A stretch of DNA of 37,026 bases, taken from contig JBBQDW010000002.1 of assembly GCA_038320085.1 (NCBI GenBank), positions 1 to 37,026 on the forward strand. Reading direction: 5' to 3'. The position numbers and the translations under genes were made by a program. Of this stretch, positions 28,802 to 37,026 are shown one piece after another. Each line of letters starts with the position of its first letter. The stretch's first letter is position 1. The notes under the pieces were generated by a model. That model was not told where the DNA came from and ran no database searches. It worked only from the letters and a program-made list of their open reading frames with translations. This stretch comes from Candidatus Humimicrobiales bacterium. GTDB taxonomy: Bacteria > Actinomycetota > Humimicrobiia > Humimicrobiales > Humimicrobiaceae.

Positions 28802-29437
28802 CTATTTTGCAACAAGCATCAGTGAAAGCCCTACTAATATGAACATGGCATGCAATACTATTATATAAATTGTCAGTATGTTTATAAGTTTTAAAATATT
28901 ATCCTGCACAACTATGGAAACAGTGCGGCTGATTTCACCTGATAACACAGTTAGTGTTGAGGAGACTTCTTCGAAGTTTATACCGATTTTAGCTAAATCC
29001 TCCTCGTTTGTCTGAAGGGCTGCTGCTGTAGCAAGTATGCTTACTGACAGGATTTTTAAGTCATCACCTATTTGGGTAAAGTACTGCCCGGTTTCTGCCA
29101 TCGGTTTAAAACCAAGGATGTTAAAATCTGTAATTTTGGCTATCGAATAAATGGCATCTGAGGAAGAAGCAGCAGTTCTGGCGGCGGCTTCCAGGGAAAG
29201 GCGGGCGCTTTTAATGCTTTCCGCCATATTTGCAGTTGCTATCCCGGTGTTTTTTGTAATTGTTGTAATGGAATCAAAGCTGCTTTTTAGAGAAGTATTT
29301 ATGGTTTCTATTTGCTTGACATTACCGGTAAACTGGTTTACTTTTTGCATAAAAACAACTGAAAAGGCGCTTCCGGCAATTCCGAAGACTATAAGGATTA
29401 GGGAAAGAATATTGACAAATGTTCTTCTGGCGCTCAT
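28802..29437 (-). CDS. Hypothetical bitopic membrane protein with N- and C-terminal TM helices flanking a helical Ser/Thr/Ala-rich domain
   Basis: 211 aa. ATG is preceded by AAGGAG. It lies 33 nt downstream of the P-type ATPase on the same strand. I recognise no family. Confidence 0.6.
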   Translation of the reverse strand: MSARRTFVNILSLILIVFGIAGSAFSVVFMQKVNQFTGNVKQIETINTSLKSSFDSITTITKNTGIATANMAESIKSARLSLEAAARTAASSSDAIYSIAKITDFNILGFKPMAETGQYFTQIGDDLKILSVSILATAAALQTNEEDLAKIGINFEEVSSTLTVLSGEISRTVSIVVQDNILKLINILTIYIIVLHAMFILVGLSLMLVAK

Positions 29438-29470
29438 TTTTACACTCCTTATAAAATAAGATGATGAAAT

Positions 29471-32400
29471 TTAATTTATTTTCCGCCTTCTTGCCCCCAT
29501 TATCTCATTAACCATGTTTATTATAAGGACAGGGACGGCGGAGCTGATCAAAACAGCAAGCCACTGGTAAAGGTTTAATCCTGCTGTGCTGAATACTTTT
29601 TGAAGGAAAGGCACATATACTATTGCAACCTGCAGAATAATTGAAGCAGCAACCGATATGTTCAAAAAACGGTTGGCAAAGATGCCCCTTCTGAAAATCC
29701 CTTTTTCTTCGAACCTGAAATTATAGGAATGCAAAAGCTGTGTTATAACCAGAGTTGTAAAAACACATGTATGGAAGACGTCTGTATCATTCACAAGGCT
29801 GTGAGTGTTAAAAAGCTTAGGGCCAATAAAATACATAAAAAGCGCCCCCAGTGTCAGGGCCAAGCCCTGCCAGACGGTCTGGACAAGTCTTCTTCTGCTT
29901 AAAATCTTCTCCCGCCTTTTTGTAATTATCCTGTCCATGATATTAGGCTCTGCCGGGTTTATACCAAGGGCAAGGGCAGGAAAGCCGTCAGTAATCAGGT
30001 TCATCCATAGGATCTGTACAGGCAGAAGCGGAAGATACGCTGTTAAAGGATCCATTCCAAGCAGGCGGAAAATAAAACTTCCGAATAGGATAGCTATAAA
30101 CATCAGTAGAACTTCAGACATATTGCAGGATAAAAGAAAGAGGATGAATTTTTTTAAGTTATCATAAATCACCCTTCCTTCCCTTATTGCTTTGACTATA
30201 GTGGCAAAATTATCATCAGTAAGTATCATATCGCTTGCTTCCTTGCTTACATCTGTTCCGGAGATCCCCATTGCAAGCCCTATATCCGCTTTTTTTAGCG
30301 ATGGCGCATCGTTTATTCCATCACCGGTCATAGCCACTATGTGGTCCCTTTTTTTGAGAGCCTCTACTATTTCTACTTTATGCTCCGGTGACACGCGGGC
30401 AAAGACTTTAATGTTTTCAATCTCGTCGATAAGCTGCCCAGGTTTCATCATGCTAAATTCTTCTTCATCAACTATCCTGTCGCCGGCGCCAAGGATACCG
30501 AGCTCTTCTCCTATGGCCCTGGCAGTAAGCTTATGATCACCGGTGACCATAATGATGTTTATCCCGGCCTTTTTGCATTTTGCCACAGCATCAAAGACTT
30601 CAGGCCTGGGAGGGTCTATCATCCCTACCATTCCGTTGAAGATAAGCTCATTTTCAAGTTCCTCAATTTTTTTATCTTCCGGCGCATCCGGTATATATTT
30701 GAATGCAAATGCCAGATTTCGCATTGCACCGCTTGCAAGAACGGTATTTATCTCAAATATTCTATTCCTGTCCGCATCTGTCAGGTCTTCTATGCTGTTG
30801 CCCTTTATGATTTTTGTACATTTTTTGACTATTACTTCAGGTGCACCTTTGCAGAAAAGGATATATTCAGACATGGCTGCAGGTATAATACCCCGGGCAT
30901 CACCCGTCCTGCTATCCGGCTTGCCTGCAAAAATAGCTGAACTTTTTATTGCGTCCGCGCTTTCATTCTCGCTGCCAGAAGAAGCGGCAGAACCAGCAGC
31001 AGCAGAAGAAGCAATAGAAGGAGAACCAGCAGCTGAACCTGAAGAAGCAGAAGAAGCAATAGAAGAACCAGCAGCTGAACCTGAAGAAGCAGCAGAAGAA
31101 ATACTGCCAATGTATGTGGTTTTTGATTGTTTTAAATTAAAGTATTCTTCAGATATCCTGTGGACAGTTGACATCATCTTTCTTACCGAATCAAAAGGTT
31201 CCTCATATTCCCGCGGAAGCATAAACTCCAGGCTGTCCTTGTCAAGGGAATAGAAACTTCCTAGTTCAATAAGAGCGGTCTCGGTCGGGTCGCCGGCCAG
31301 TTTGCGGCTGCCCTTGTCAAGGTAATATGCGTCATTGCATAAGACTGCATTTTCAATAAGAAATTTTAGGGAAATATTATCCTTTGGTACGGTATTGCCA
31401 TGATAAAGATGAATGTTTTCATCAGCCGGCCGGCTCAGACTGCCGGATTTTTTAAGGTTTTCATATTCACTATATTCCTCAAGCCCTGTATAGATTTTTT
31501 TTACGACCATCCTGTTTTGTGTAAGTGTTCCCGTTTTATCAGTGCAAATCACCGATACGCTTCCGAGAGTTTCCACTGAGCTTAATCTTCTAACTATGGC
31601 ATTATTTTTTGCCATTTTTTGCACGCCAAGCGCAAGTGATACGGTCACTATTGCAGGCAGGCCCTCAGGTATGGATGCTACAGCAAGAGCGACGGCTACA
31701 AGAAACATCTCGGAAATGATATCGCCCCTTGTTGAGGTTATTGCGCCCTGTGAAATTGCAATAAACCCTTTTAGCATACCTGCTAAAAAAACCACTGCGC
31801 TTACTGCAAGGCAAATGATGCCTATCCTTGTTCCGACGGTTTTTAATTCTTTTTGAAGCGGAGTCGGTTCATCTTTTGATTGCACAAGATTTGCAATTTT
31901 CCCGAGCTCTGTGTTTTTGCCGGTGGCAACAACAATAGCGCTGCATCGGCCTTTTGTAATGACTGTCCCGGCAAAAAGCATGTTGAACCTGTCACCCAGC
32001 GGCAGGTTTTCTTTTTCAAGCTCCTGTATGGATTTATCAACCGGGAGAGATTCGCCTGTAATGATAGATTCATTAGCCTGGAGATTTACCTGGTTTATGA
32101 CTCTGCAGTCAGCTGGAATAAGATCTCCGGCGGTGAGCTTTATTATATCACCCGGAACTACTACTCTTGACGGCAGGTTTTGCTCTATCCCATCTCTTAA
32201 TACAAGAGCCGAAGGCGCTGCAAGTTCCTTAAGGGCCGCAAGAGCTTTCTCAGCGCGATACTCCTGGACAAAACCCAGCACAGAGTTGATGACAAGGATT
32301 ACAAGTATAACTATTGCGTCTGTTACTTCCCTGATTATTATTCCGGATATCAGCGCCGCAGCTATAAGGATCCATATCATAAAATCGTTGAATTGTGATA

Positions 32401-32647
32401 AAAAGATCTTAAAAGGTGAACGCCCTTTTTTTTCTTCAAGTTCATTAGGGCCGATTTCCTCCAGGCGCTTTCGGGCCGCCGTTTCTGAAAGGCCGGTTGA
32501 GGTATTTGTCTTAAGGTCGCGTTCAACATCTGCTATTTTTCTTGTATGCCAGAAAATGTTTTCCTGCTGGCTGTAAACTAACTTCAAGTATACATTCCTC
32601 CCCTGGTTTGACTCTTTTAGGCCCATATATCGTGAAACATTTCCCAC
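29471..32647 (-). CDS. P2-type (SERCA/PMCA-like, probably Ca2+) cation-transporting P-type ATPase
   Basis: 1058 aa with TGES, IPEGLPA, ICTDKTGTLTQN, KGAPE, MVTGDHKLTA and MTGDGINDAPSLKKADIGLAMG. The start is ambiguous between GTG 32647 and ATG 32626. Confidence 0.95.
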   Translation of the reverse strand: MGNVSRYMGLKESNQGRNVYLKLVYSQQENIFWHTRKIADVERDLKTNTSTGLSETAARKRLEEIGPNELEEKKGRSPFKIFLSQFNDFMIWILIAAALISGIIIREVTDAIVILVILVINSVLGFVQEYRAEKALAALKELAAPSALVLRDGIEQNLPSRVVVPGDIIKLTAGDLIPADCRVINQVNLQANESIITGESLPVDKSIQELEKENLPLGDRFNMLFAGTVITKGRCSAIVVATGKNTELGKIANLVQSKDEPTPLQKELKTVGTRIGIICLAVSAVVFLAGMLKGFIAISQGAITSTRGDIISEMFLVAVALAVASIPEGLPAIVTVSLALGVQKMAKNNAIVRRLSSVETLGSVSVICTDKTGTLTQNRMVVKKIYTGLEEYSEYENLKKSGSLSRPADENIHLYHGNTVPKDNISLKFLIENAVLCNDAYYLDKGSRKLAGDPTETALIELGSFYSLDKDSLEFMLPREYEEPFDSVRKMMSTVHRISEEYFNLKQSKTTYIGSISSAASSGSAAGSSIASSASSGSAAGSPSIASSAAAGSAASSGSENESADAIKSSAIFAGKPDSRTGDARGIIPAAMSEYILFCKGAPEVIVKKCTKIIKGNSIEDLTDADRNRIFEINTVLASGAMRNLAFAFKYIPDAPEDKKIEELENELIFNGMVGMIDPPRPEVFDAVAKCKKAGINIIMVTGDHKLTARAIGEELGILGAGDRIVDEEEFSMMKPGQLIDEIENIKVFARVSPEHKVEIVEALKKRDHIVAMTGDGINDAPSLKKADIGLAMGISGTDVSKEASDMILTDDNFATIVKAIREGRVIYDNLKKFILFLLSCNMSEVLLMFIAILFGSFIFRLLGMDPLTAYLPLLPVQILWMNLITDGFPALALGINPAEPNIMDRIITKRREKILSRRRLVQTVWQGLALTLGALFMYFIGPKLFNTHSLVNDTDVFHTCVFTTLVITQLLHSYNFRFEEKGIFRRGIFANRFLNISVAASIILQVAIVYVPFLQKVFSTAGLNLYQWLAVLISSAVPVLIINMVNEIMGARRRKIN
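30981..31105. repeat. 42-bp in-frame tandem repeat, about 3 copies, inside the P-type ATPase gene
   Basis: GAACCAGCAGCTGAACCTGAAGAAGCAGAAGAAGCAATAGAA and its variants. It encodes a Ser/Ala/Gly tract (SSIASSASSGSAAG...) on the minus strand. Confidence 0.85.
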
Positions 32648-33483
32648 TCTTCAATATGTTCTTTAATATATTTCTCCATTACTTCAGTCATTTTTTTCAT
32701 ATTATATTCAAGGAATTCCTTCCTGTCGGTAAATCTTTTTTCATCTCTTTCAAGCTTTAAAGGCTCGCCGATTATCTGGTAGTGAATATATTTACTCTTT
32801 CTCCAGATGAAACTTGGCAAAAGCGCCGCTCCTGTCTTTAGCGCCAATTCTACTGGTCCCGATGGAATAAAAGCTTTTTTATTGAAAAACCCGTATTCCT
32901 TTGCGGTCTTAAGCGGGTCAAACTCTGTTGGTATTGCAATTGCCTCATTATTTTTTAAAATCCTGAAAATACCCAGCTCCCTCCTGTTTGCATAAAGTGT
33001 GCCCATACCTTTTAAACGCCGCCTGTTTTCAAAAAACAGGTTGATTTTTTTACATGGCCTTTCCAGCCCCATTCCGGTTATCTTAAATCCTTCAACTGCA
33101 ATCCTGCAGCCTGCCCATTCAAAATTACCCAGGTGCGCAGTAAAAAGCACTGCCCCTTTTTCTTTTTTTAATGCTTCTTCCAGGTTTTCCAAACCGTGAA
33201 GCTCAATTCTTTTTTTAAATTTTTCATCGCTTAACTTTGGAAGTTTCAAAAAATCTGCAATATTTCTATACCAGTTAATATATATTTTCCGGGCAATTAC
33301 AGTAGTTCTTTTGTCATCCATACCTATATCGAGTACCCGGGAAATATTTTTTTTAAGGATATGGACATATTTGCCGCAAAAAAATACTATAGTTGCCATA
33401 GTGTCCGCAACGAAATATGTAACCGGGTAGGGAGTTATAAAAACCAGGAATTCAACAAATTTATAACCAAGGTATATTAGCAT
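32617..33483 (-). CDS. Lipid A biosynthesis (LpxL/HtrB-type) lysophospholipid acyltransferase family protein
   Basis: 288 aa with an N-terminal TM and the HX4E catalytic motif AHLGNFEW. Its 3' end overlaps the ATPase start region. Confidence 0.78.
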   Translation of the reverse strand: MLIYLGYKFVEFLVFITPYPVTYFVADTMATIVFFCGKYVHILKKNISRVLDIGMDDKRTTVIARKIYINWYRNIADFLKLPKLSDEKFKKRIELHGLENLEEALKKEKGAVLFTAHLGNFEWAGCRIAVEGFKITGMGLERPCKKINLFFENRRRLKGMGTLYANRRELGIFRILKNNEAIAIPTEFDPLKTAKEYGFFNKKAFIPSGPVELALKTGAALLPSFIWRKSKYIHYQIIGEPLKLERDEKRFTDRKEFLEYNMKKMTEVMEKYIKEHIEEWEMFHDIWA

Positions 33484-33638
33484 TTTTTAGTGTTGTCCAT
33501 TCTTTAGTTATCGTGATATTCTCACTTATATAGACATTACAGTTTAAACTGATATTCTAAATTATAGTGATATTACAATGGTTTTAGTTCTTTATATACC
33601 TATGTACTTAACTTAAATAAATTCCGATATCTTGCGTA

Positions 33639-33684
33639 GCATAGCGGCCTGTACCTCTGCATATAGTAGTACAGGGAGCTATGC
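33639..33684 (-). terminator. Long imperfect hairpin 17 nt downstream of the nrdR stop, a possible terminator or processing site
   Basis: GCATAGC-GG-CCTGTAC, a 14-nt loop, then GTACAGG-GA-GCTATGC. No clean T-run follows on the minus strand. Confidence 0.35.
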
Positions 33685-33701
33685 CAATAAGCAAATTTTT
33701 A

Positions 33702-34151
33702 TTAATCCTCAAGCTCTGATAACTCTTTTGTGAATTGTTCCACACTGTCAAATTGTTTATAGACAGAAGCAAACCTGATATAAGCCACTTTGTCAAGACT
33801 TTTTAGTTTTTTAAGCACTATATCACCGATTTCTTTAGAGCTTATCTCGTTTGCGTGAAAGTTCCTTATCTCTGACTCTATTTCATCAACTAATTTTTCC
33901 AGCATGGATGTTCCTATGTTCCTCTTTACGCATGCTCGTATAAGGCCGCTTAGGATTTTATTCCTGTCAAACGGCTCCCTGATATTTTCTTTTTTTATTA
34001 CAGCGATAGGGGTGTTTTCTATCCTTTCAAAAGTTGTGAACCTGTTGCCGCATTTTTCGCACTCTCGCCTGCGTCTTATGCTTCCTTCTGACTCTGAGAG
34101 CCTGGTATCGATGACTTTTGTATCAGGCATAGAACAAAAAGGACATTTCAT
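33702..34151 (-). CDS. nrdR: Transcriptional repressor NrdR (zinc ribbon plus ATP-cone)
   Basis: MKCPFCSMPDTKVIDTR...RRRRECEKCGNRFTTFE followed by an ATP-cone. I prefer ATG 34151 (GGAAGGA SD) over the track's ATG 34169. Confidence 0.92.
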   Translation of the reverse strand: MKCPFCSMPDTKVIDTRLSESEGSIRRRRECEKCGNRFTTFERIENTPIAVIKKENIREPFDRNKILSGLIRACVKRNIGTSMLEKLVDEIESEIRNFHANEISSKEIGDIVLKKLKSLDKVAYIRFASVYKQFDSVEQFTKELSELED

Positions 34152-34220
34152 TTGTTGCTGTCCTTCCATTTTGTTTATTATTTTTATACAACGACATTTA
34201 TTTTACTTTTTAGCTTCTTT

Positions 34221-34424
34221 TATTTCAACCATTAACCTTTGCTATTTTAACCATTGACCTTTGCTATCTCAACCCTTAACCTCTTTTATCTCAACCCTTA
34301 ACCTCTTTTATCTCAACCCTTAACCTCTTTTATCTCAACCCTTAACCTTTGCTATTTCAACCATTGACCTTTGCTATCTCAACCTTACTCTCTTTTATTT
34401 CAACCATTACCCTCTTTTATCTCA
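34221..34424. repeat. 22-bp tandem repeat array, 9 units plus a partial one
   Basis: Units start at 34221, 34243, 34265, 34287, 34309, 34331, 34353, 34375 (21 bp) and 34396, with a partial unit at 34418. The three central units are identical (TATCTCAACCCTTAACCTCTTT). The variant class is TATTTCAACCATTGACCTTTGC. Confidence 0.95.
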
Positions 34425-34430
34425 TCCGGT

Positions 34431-35069
34431 TTAAAAAAAAGGTTTAAAAATCCTTTTAAATATCGGGCTTAACTTACGACGATTTTCTGTAAAATATGTT
34501 TTATACAGATTAAGGCTTTTTAAGCTGCAGATAATTGTTACAAGAAGCATAAATATGCACCAGTAATAACTGTTTTCCCTGTACCACATAAAAAATGCAA
34601 AGAAAAACATCGCAACACCTTCGGCCAGGTATATATCTTTAAACAGCAGTATCGCAGCAAGCATAAAGTAAAGGTATAAAAAAAGCGCTGATAACGGCGA
34701 AAGAAAAAACAACGCCCCCACAAGAGTTGAAAATCCCTTACCGCCTTTAAAACCTATATAAATCATCCAGTTATGGCCGATTATCGCAGCAAGTACTGCA
34801 AGCAGCGGGACAAAAGGGTGATGTGCAGAAAACTTTGTGGCAAGCCAGGCAACAAGGGCACCTTTGCCCATGTCAACAATTATTACCAGTATGCCTGCTA
34901 TTTTGCCTACACTGGACCAGGCATTCATGCCGCCGACATTTGTGCTACCTGTTTTCCTTACGTCGATGCCTTTGATTTTTCCTGCAATAAATGCCGAAGG
35001 AAATCCACCGATAAGATAGGAGCAAACCACAATTAAAGCAGTATTAAGATAAAAATTGCCAAGAAGCAA
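34431..35069 (-). CDS. plsY: Glycerol-3-phosphate acyltransferase PlsY
   Basis: 212 aa, polytopic, with GGFPSAFIAGK..GIDVRKTGSTNVGGMNA, DMGKGAL, IIGHNW and GFKGGKG. SD is AAGGAGG. Confidence 0.8.
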   Translation of the reverse strand: MLLGNFYLNTALIVVCSYLIGGFPSAFIAGKIKGIDVRKTGSTNVGGMNAWSSVGKIAGILVIIVDMGKGALVAWLATKFSAHHPFVPLLAVLAAIIGHNWMIYIGFKGGKGFSTLVGALFFLSPLSALFLYLYFMLAAILLFKDIYLAEGVAMFFFAFFMWYRENSYYWCIFMLLVTIICSLKSLNLYKTYFTENRRKLSPIFKRIFKPFF

Positions 35070-35345
35070 ATTTCCTCCTTAATTGAAAATTTATAGAGAT
35101 TATAACACAGGTGGTGTTAATTAAGAAAAGGCTTAAAACTAAAAGTTTGATTAAGTGGTCCCTGCTAAATAATTCAATATTTTCTGGCTTTAAGAAAATA
35201 ATGGTTTCATAGTTTATAAATCTAATCTATAATAATTTATTAATAGGGACTGGAGATATGGCCCTATTAGTGCATTAAAGATAATTTACTAATTATCTGC
35301 ACAACATTGGATAATATCTCAATATTACGGCAAGGAGAAAATAAA

Positions 35346-36443
35346 ATGGCACAGGTAACGCTAAAGGACCTGACAAAGAAGTTTGACGAGGTGGTGGCAG
35401 TAGATAATATAAGCACCATCATAGAGGACCGCCAGTTTGTAGTATTGGTGGGCCCATCGGGATGCGGCAAGACTACAACGCTTCGGATGATTGCGGGCCT
35501 TGAAGAGGCAACCGCAGGAGAGATAATGATAGGCGACAGGATCGTAAACAATGTCCCTCCCAAAGACAGGGATATCGCAATGGTATTCCAGAACTATGCG
35601 CTTTATCCGCACATGAATGTCTATGACAACATGGCATTCGGTTTAAAACTGAGAAAAACCCCCAAGCTTGAGATAGAAAAAAGGGTAAAAGATGCTGCAA
35701 GGATATTAAAGATAGAAGAACTTTTAAAGCGCAGGCCGAAACAGCTCTCAGGCGGACAGAGGCAGCGTGTTGCGCTTGGCCGCGCAATAGTGCGTAATCC
35801 CAAAGTATTTTTAATGGATGAGCCCTTGTCTAACCTTGACGCAAAGCTTCGCGTAGAGATGAGGACAGAGATTGCAAAACTTCACCAAAGATTAAATGCG
35901 ACGATAGTATATGTAACCCATGACCAGACAGAAGCTATGACAATGGCTGATAAGATGATAATCATGAAAGACGGCCTGGTGCAGCAGGAGGGGGACCCCC
36001 AGACAGTATATGACCATCCAAAGAACATGTTTGTGGCAGGATTTATTGGTTCTCCCGCAATGAACTTCCTGGATGCAAAAGTTGCTGATGACTATATGCT
36101 TGTAAGCCCCAGATTTACTATATCAATGGCAGATGCTATAAAAAAAGTTGTAGATGACAATAACTTGAAGGGAAAAGATGTGGTAGTCGGCATAAGGCCC
36201 GAGGACCTGGAGGACAACCTCTTTGTGCACGATAAACTTGTAAATGCAGTAATTACAGCAAATGTGGAAGTAACAGAGCCGATGGGGGCCGAGATATATG
36301 TATATATAGACATAGACGGAGTATTGGTTACTGCGCGTGTTAACCCGAAGAGTGCGGCCAGTGTTGGAAAGCCAATAGATATGCATGTGGACCTTGCAAA
36401 GATTCACCTTTTTGACAAGACAACTGAAGCAGCGTATATATAG
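35346..36443 (+). CDS. Sugar ABC transporter ATP-binding protein (MalK/MsmK/UgpC type)
   Basis: ATG 35346 follows AAGGAG. The track's TTG 35307 is unlikely. Motifs are GPSGCGKTT, LSGGQRQRVALGRA, FLMDEPLSNLD and a C-terminal TOBE/regulatory domain. Confidence 0.92.
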   Translation: MAQVTLKDLTKKFDEVVAVDNISTIIEDRQFVVLVGPSGCGKTTTLRMIAGLEEATAGEIMIGDRIVNNVPPKDRDIAMVFQNYALYPHMNVYDNMAFGLKLRKTPKLEIEKRVKDAARILKIEELLKRRPKQLSGGQRQRVALGRAIVRNPKVFLMDEPLSNLDAKLRVEMRTEIAKLHQRLNATIVYVTHDQTEAMTMADKMIIMKDGLVQQEGDPQTVYDHPKNMFVAGFIGSPAMNFLDAKVADDYMLVSPRFTISMADAIKKVVDDNNLKGKDVVVGIRPEDLEDNLFVHDKLVNAVITANVEVTEPMGAEIYVYIDIDGVLVTARVNPKSAASVGKPIDMHVDLAKIHLFDKTTEAAYI

Positions 36444-36485
36444 GCAAATATATTTAAAACAATTGGTTAAAAATAATTAGCTGAG

Positions 36486-36520
36486 GACCCGGGATAAATG
36501 GGATATCCCGGGTCTATTTT
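36486..36520. terminator. Bidirectional rho-independent terminator between convergent genes
   Basis: An 11-bp GC-rich stem GACCCGGGATA/TATCCCGGGTC with a 7-nt loop, followed by TATTTT. It overlaps the stop of the minus-strand DeoR gene. Confidence 0.65.
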
Positions 36521-37026
36521 ATGATTACCTTTATATCAATCTCTTTGATTTTTTCTATGAATGTTTCATCAGCTTCACTGTCTGTAATAAAAACATTTAT
36601 CGCGGTGATCGGCGCAACATAATTCATGGCAATATGTCCTATCTTTGAATGGTCCGCCAGGGCAATGACCTGTTTGGCGCATGCGATAATGTTCTTTTTA
36701 GTCTGTGCCTCTATCGGGTCAGTCGCTGTAATTCCTTTTTCCAGGTCTATGCCGCTTATTCCGATAAAAGCTTTATCAACGAATGTAGTTTTAAAAGCAA
36801 AATCGGCAATTGGCCCGACAAGCGAATGTGTATCGCTATTGAGTATGCCTCCGCTAAGAATAATTTTGTAACCCGGATTACTTTCACCCAGAAGTACCGC
36901 AATATCACAACTATTTGTTATTACAGTAAGTTTTGATCTGTTGGTAATATTTAGTGCAGTCTGGTATCCGGTGGTGCCGGCCTCAATAAGGATGACATCT
37001 TCTTCCTCTATAAGGGTTGAAGCTGC
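36514..37026 (-). CDS. DeoR/GlpR-family transcriptional regulator, C-terminal sugar-phosphate-binding domain; 5' end lies outside the window
   Basis: My translation of the minus strand gives 170 aa open to the window edge: ...VILIEAGTTGYQTAL...LTVITNS...ILSGGILNSDTHSLVGPIADFAFKTTFVDKAFIGISGIDLEKGITATDPIEAQTKKNIIACAKQVIALADHSKIG...*. It is missing from the ORF track because there is no in-window start. Confidence 0.82.
   Translation of the reverse strand, partial: AASTLIEEEDVILIEAGTTGYQTALNITNRSKLTVITNSCDIAVLLGESNPGYKIILSGGILNSDTHSLVGPIADFAFKTTFVDKAFIGISGIDLEKGITATDPIEAQTKKNIIACAKQVIALADHSKIGHIAMNYVAPITAINVFITDSEADETFIEKIKEIDIKVIIK

Noticed and set aside
29805-32576. Plus-strand ORFs (120, 114, 135, 236, 104, 96 and 221 aa) across the P-type ATPase locus
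   Set aside because: All are antisense shadows of a 1058-aa gene carrying every P-type ATPase motif. The 236-aa ORF is open only because of the low-complexity repeat.
34152-34169. Upstream ATG (MEGQQQ-) as the nrdR start
   Set aside because: NrdR proteins begin at the zinc-ribbon M-K/R-C-P-F-C. The upstream ATG lies inside the GGAAGGA SD that serves ATG 34151.
33904-34257. 117-aa plus-strand ORF
   Set aside because: It is antisense to nrdR and continues into the 22-bp repeat array. It is an artefact of AT-rich, stop-poor sequence.
34221-34424. Possible CRISPR array
   Set aside because: The repeats are only 22 bp and directly abut each other with no spacers. There is no leader or cas gene, and the units are not palindromic. 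This is a plain tandem satellite or iteron-like array.
35307-35345. TTG start for the MalK-type ATPase given in the ORF track
   Set aside because: ATG 35346 (MAQVTLKDL...) is the family-typical start and is preceded by AAGGAG. The TTG extension contains that SD.

Overview
This is a low-GC bacterial chromosomal segment, judged from Shine-Dalgarno sites, TTGACA/TATAAT promoters and lipoboxes. The lineage cannot be named from sequence alone, but the gene content suggests an anaerobe. Content is mostly housekeeping and transport. (i) Two amidohydrolase-fold genes, a decayed SDR gene, an MFS transporter and a PIN-toxin stub. (ii) A complete nine-gene V/A-type ATPase operon in Enterococcus hirae ntpFIKECGABD order, whose c subunit keeps the full Na+-site signature. 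(iii) A URO-D-family gene divergent from a ribose-type sugar ABC transporter (ATPase, two permeases, lipoprotein binding protein), followed by a xylose-isomerase-like gene. (iv) A frameshifted PDZ-lipoprotein remnant. (v) A minus-strand operon with a 31-aa bS22 ribosomal protein missing from the ORF track, a stand-alone homocysteine S-methyltransferase domain and a CAP-domain lipoprotein. (vi) The B12-dependent class II ribonucleotide reductase nrdJ, interrupted by a 402-aa LAGLIDADG intein and preceded by tandem NrdR boxes. (vii) An FGGY sugar kinase. (viii) A minus-strand LpxL-type acyltransferase, a P2-type cation ATPase with a Ser/Ala/Gly repeat insert, and a small membrane protein. (ix) nrdR, plsY, a MalK-type ATPase and a partial DeoR regulator that the ORF track also misses. 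I found no defence island, CRISPR, prophage, tRNA or rRNA, and no convincing novel multi-gene system. The unexplained signals are mostly non-coding. They are a 22-bp tandem array of about 9 units upstream of nrdR, 34-bp-phased repeats sharing a TTATCCGGGCA core at two loci (one triplicates a gene's 3' end with its stop codon), a 26-bp-phased array in front of the ABC operon, and two structured or GC-rich intergenic islands.
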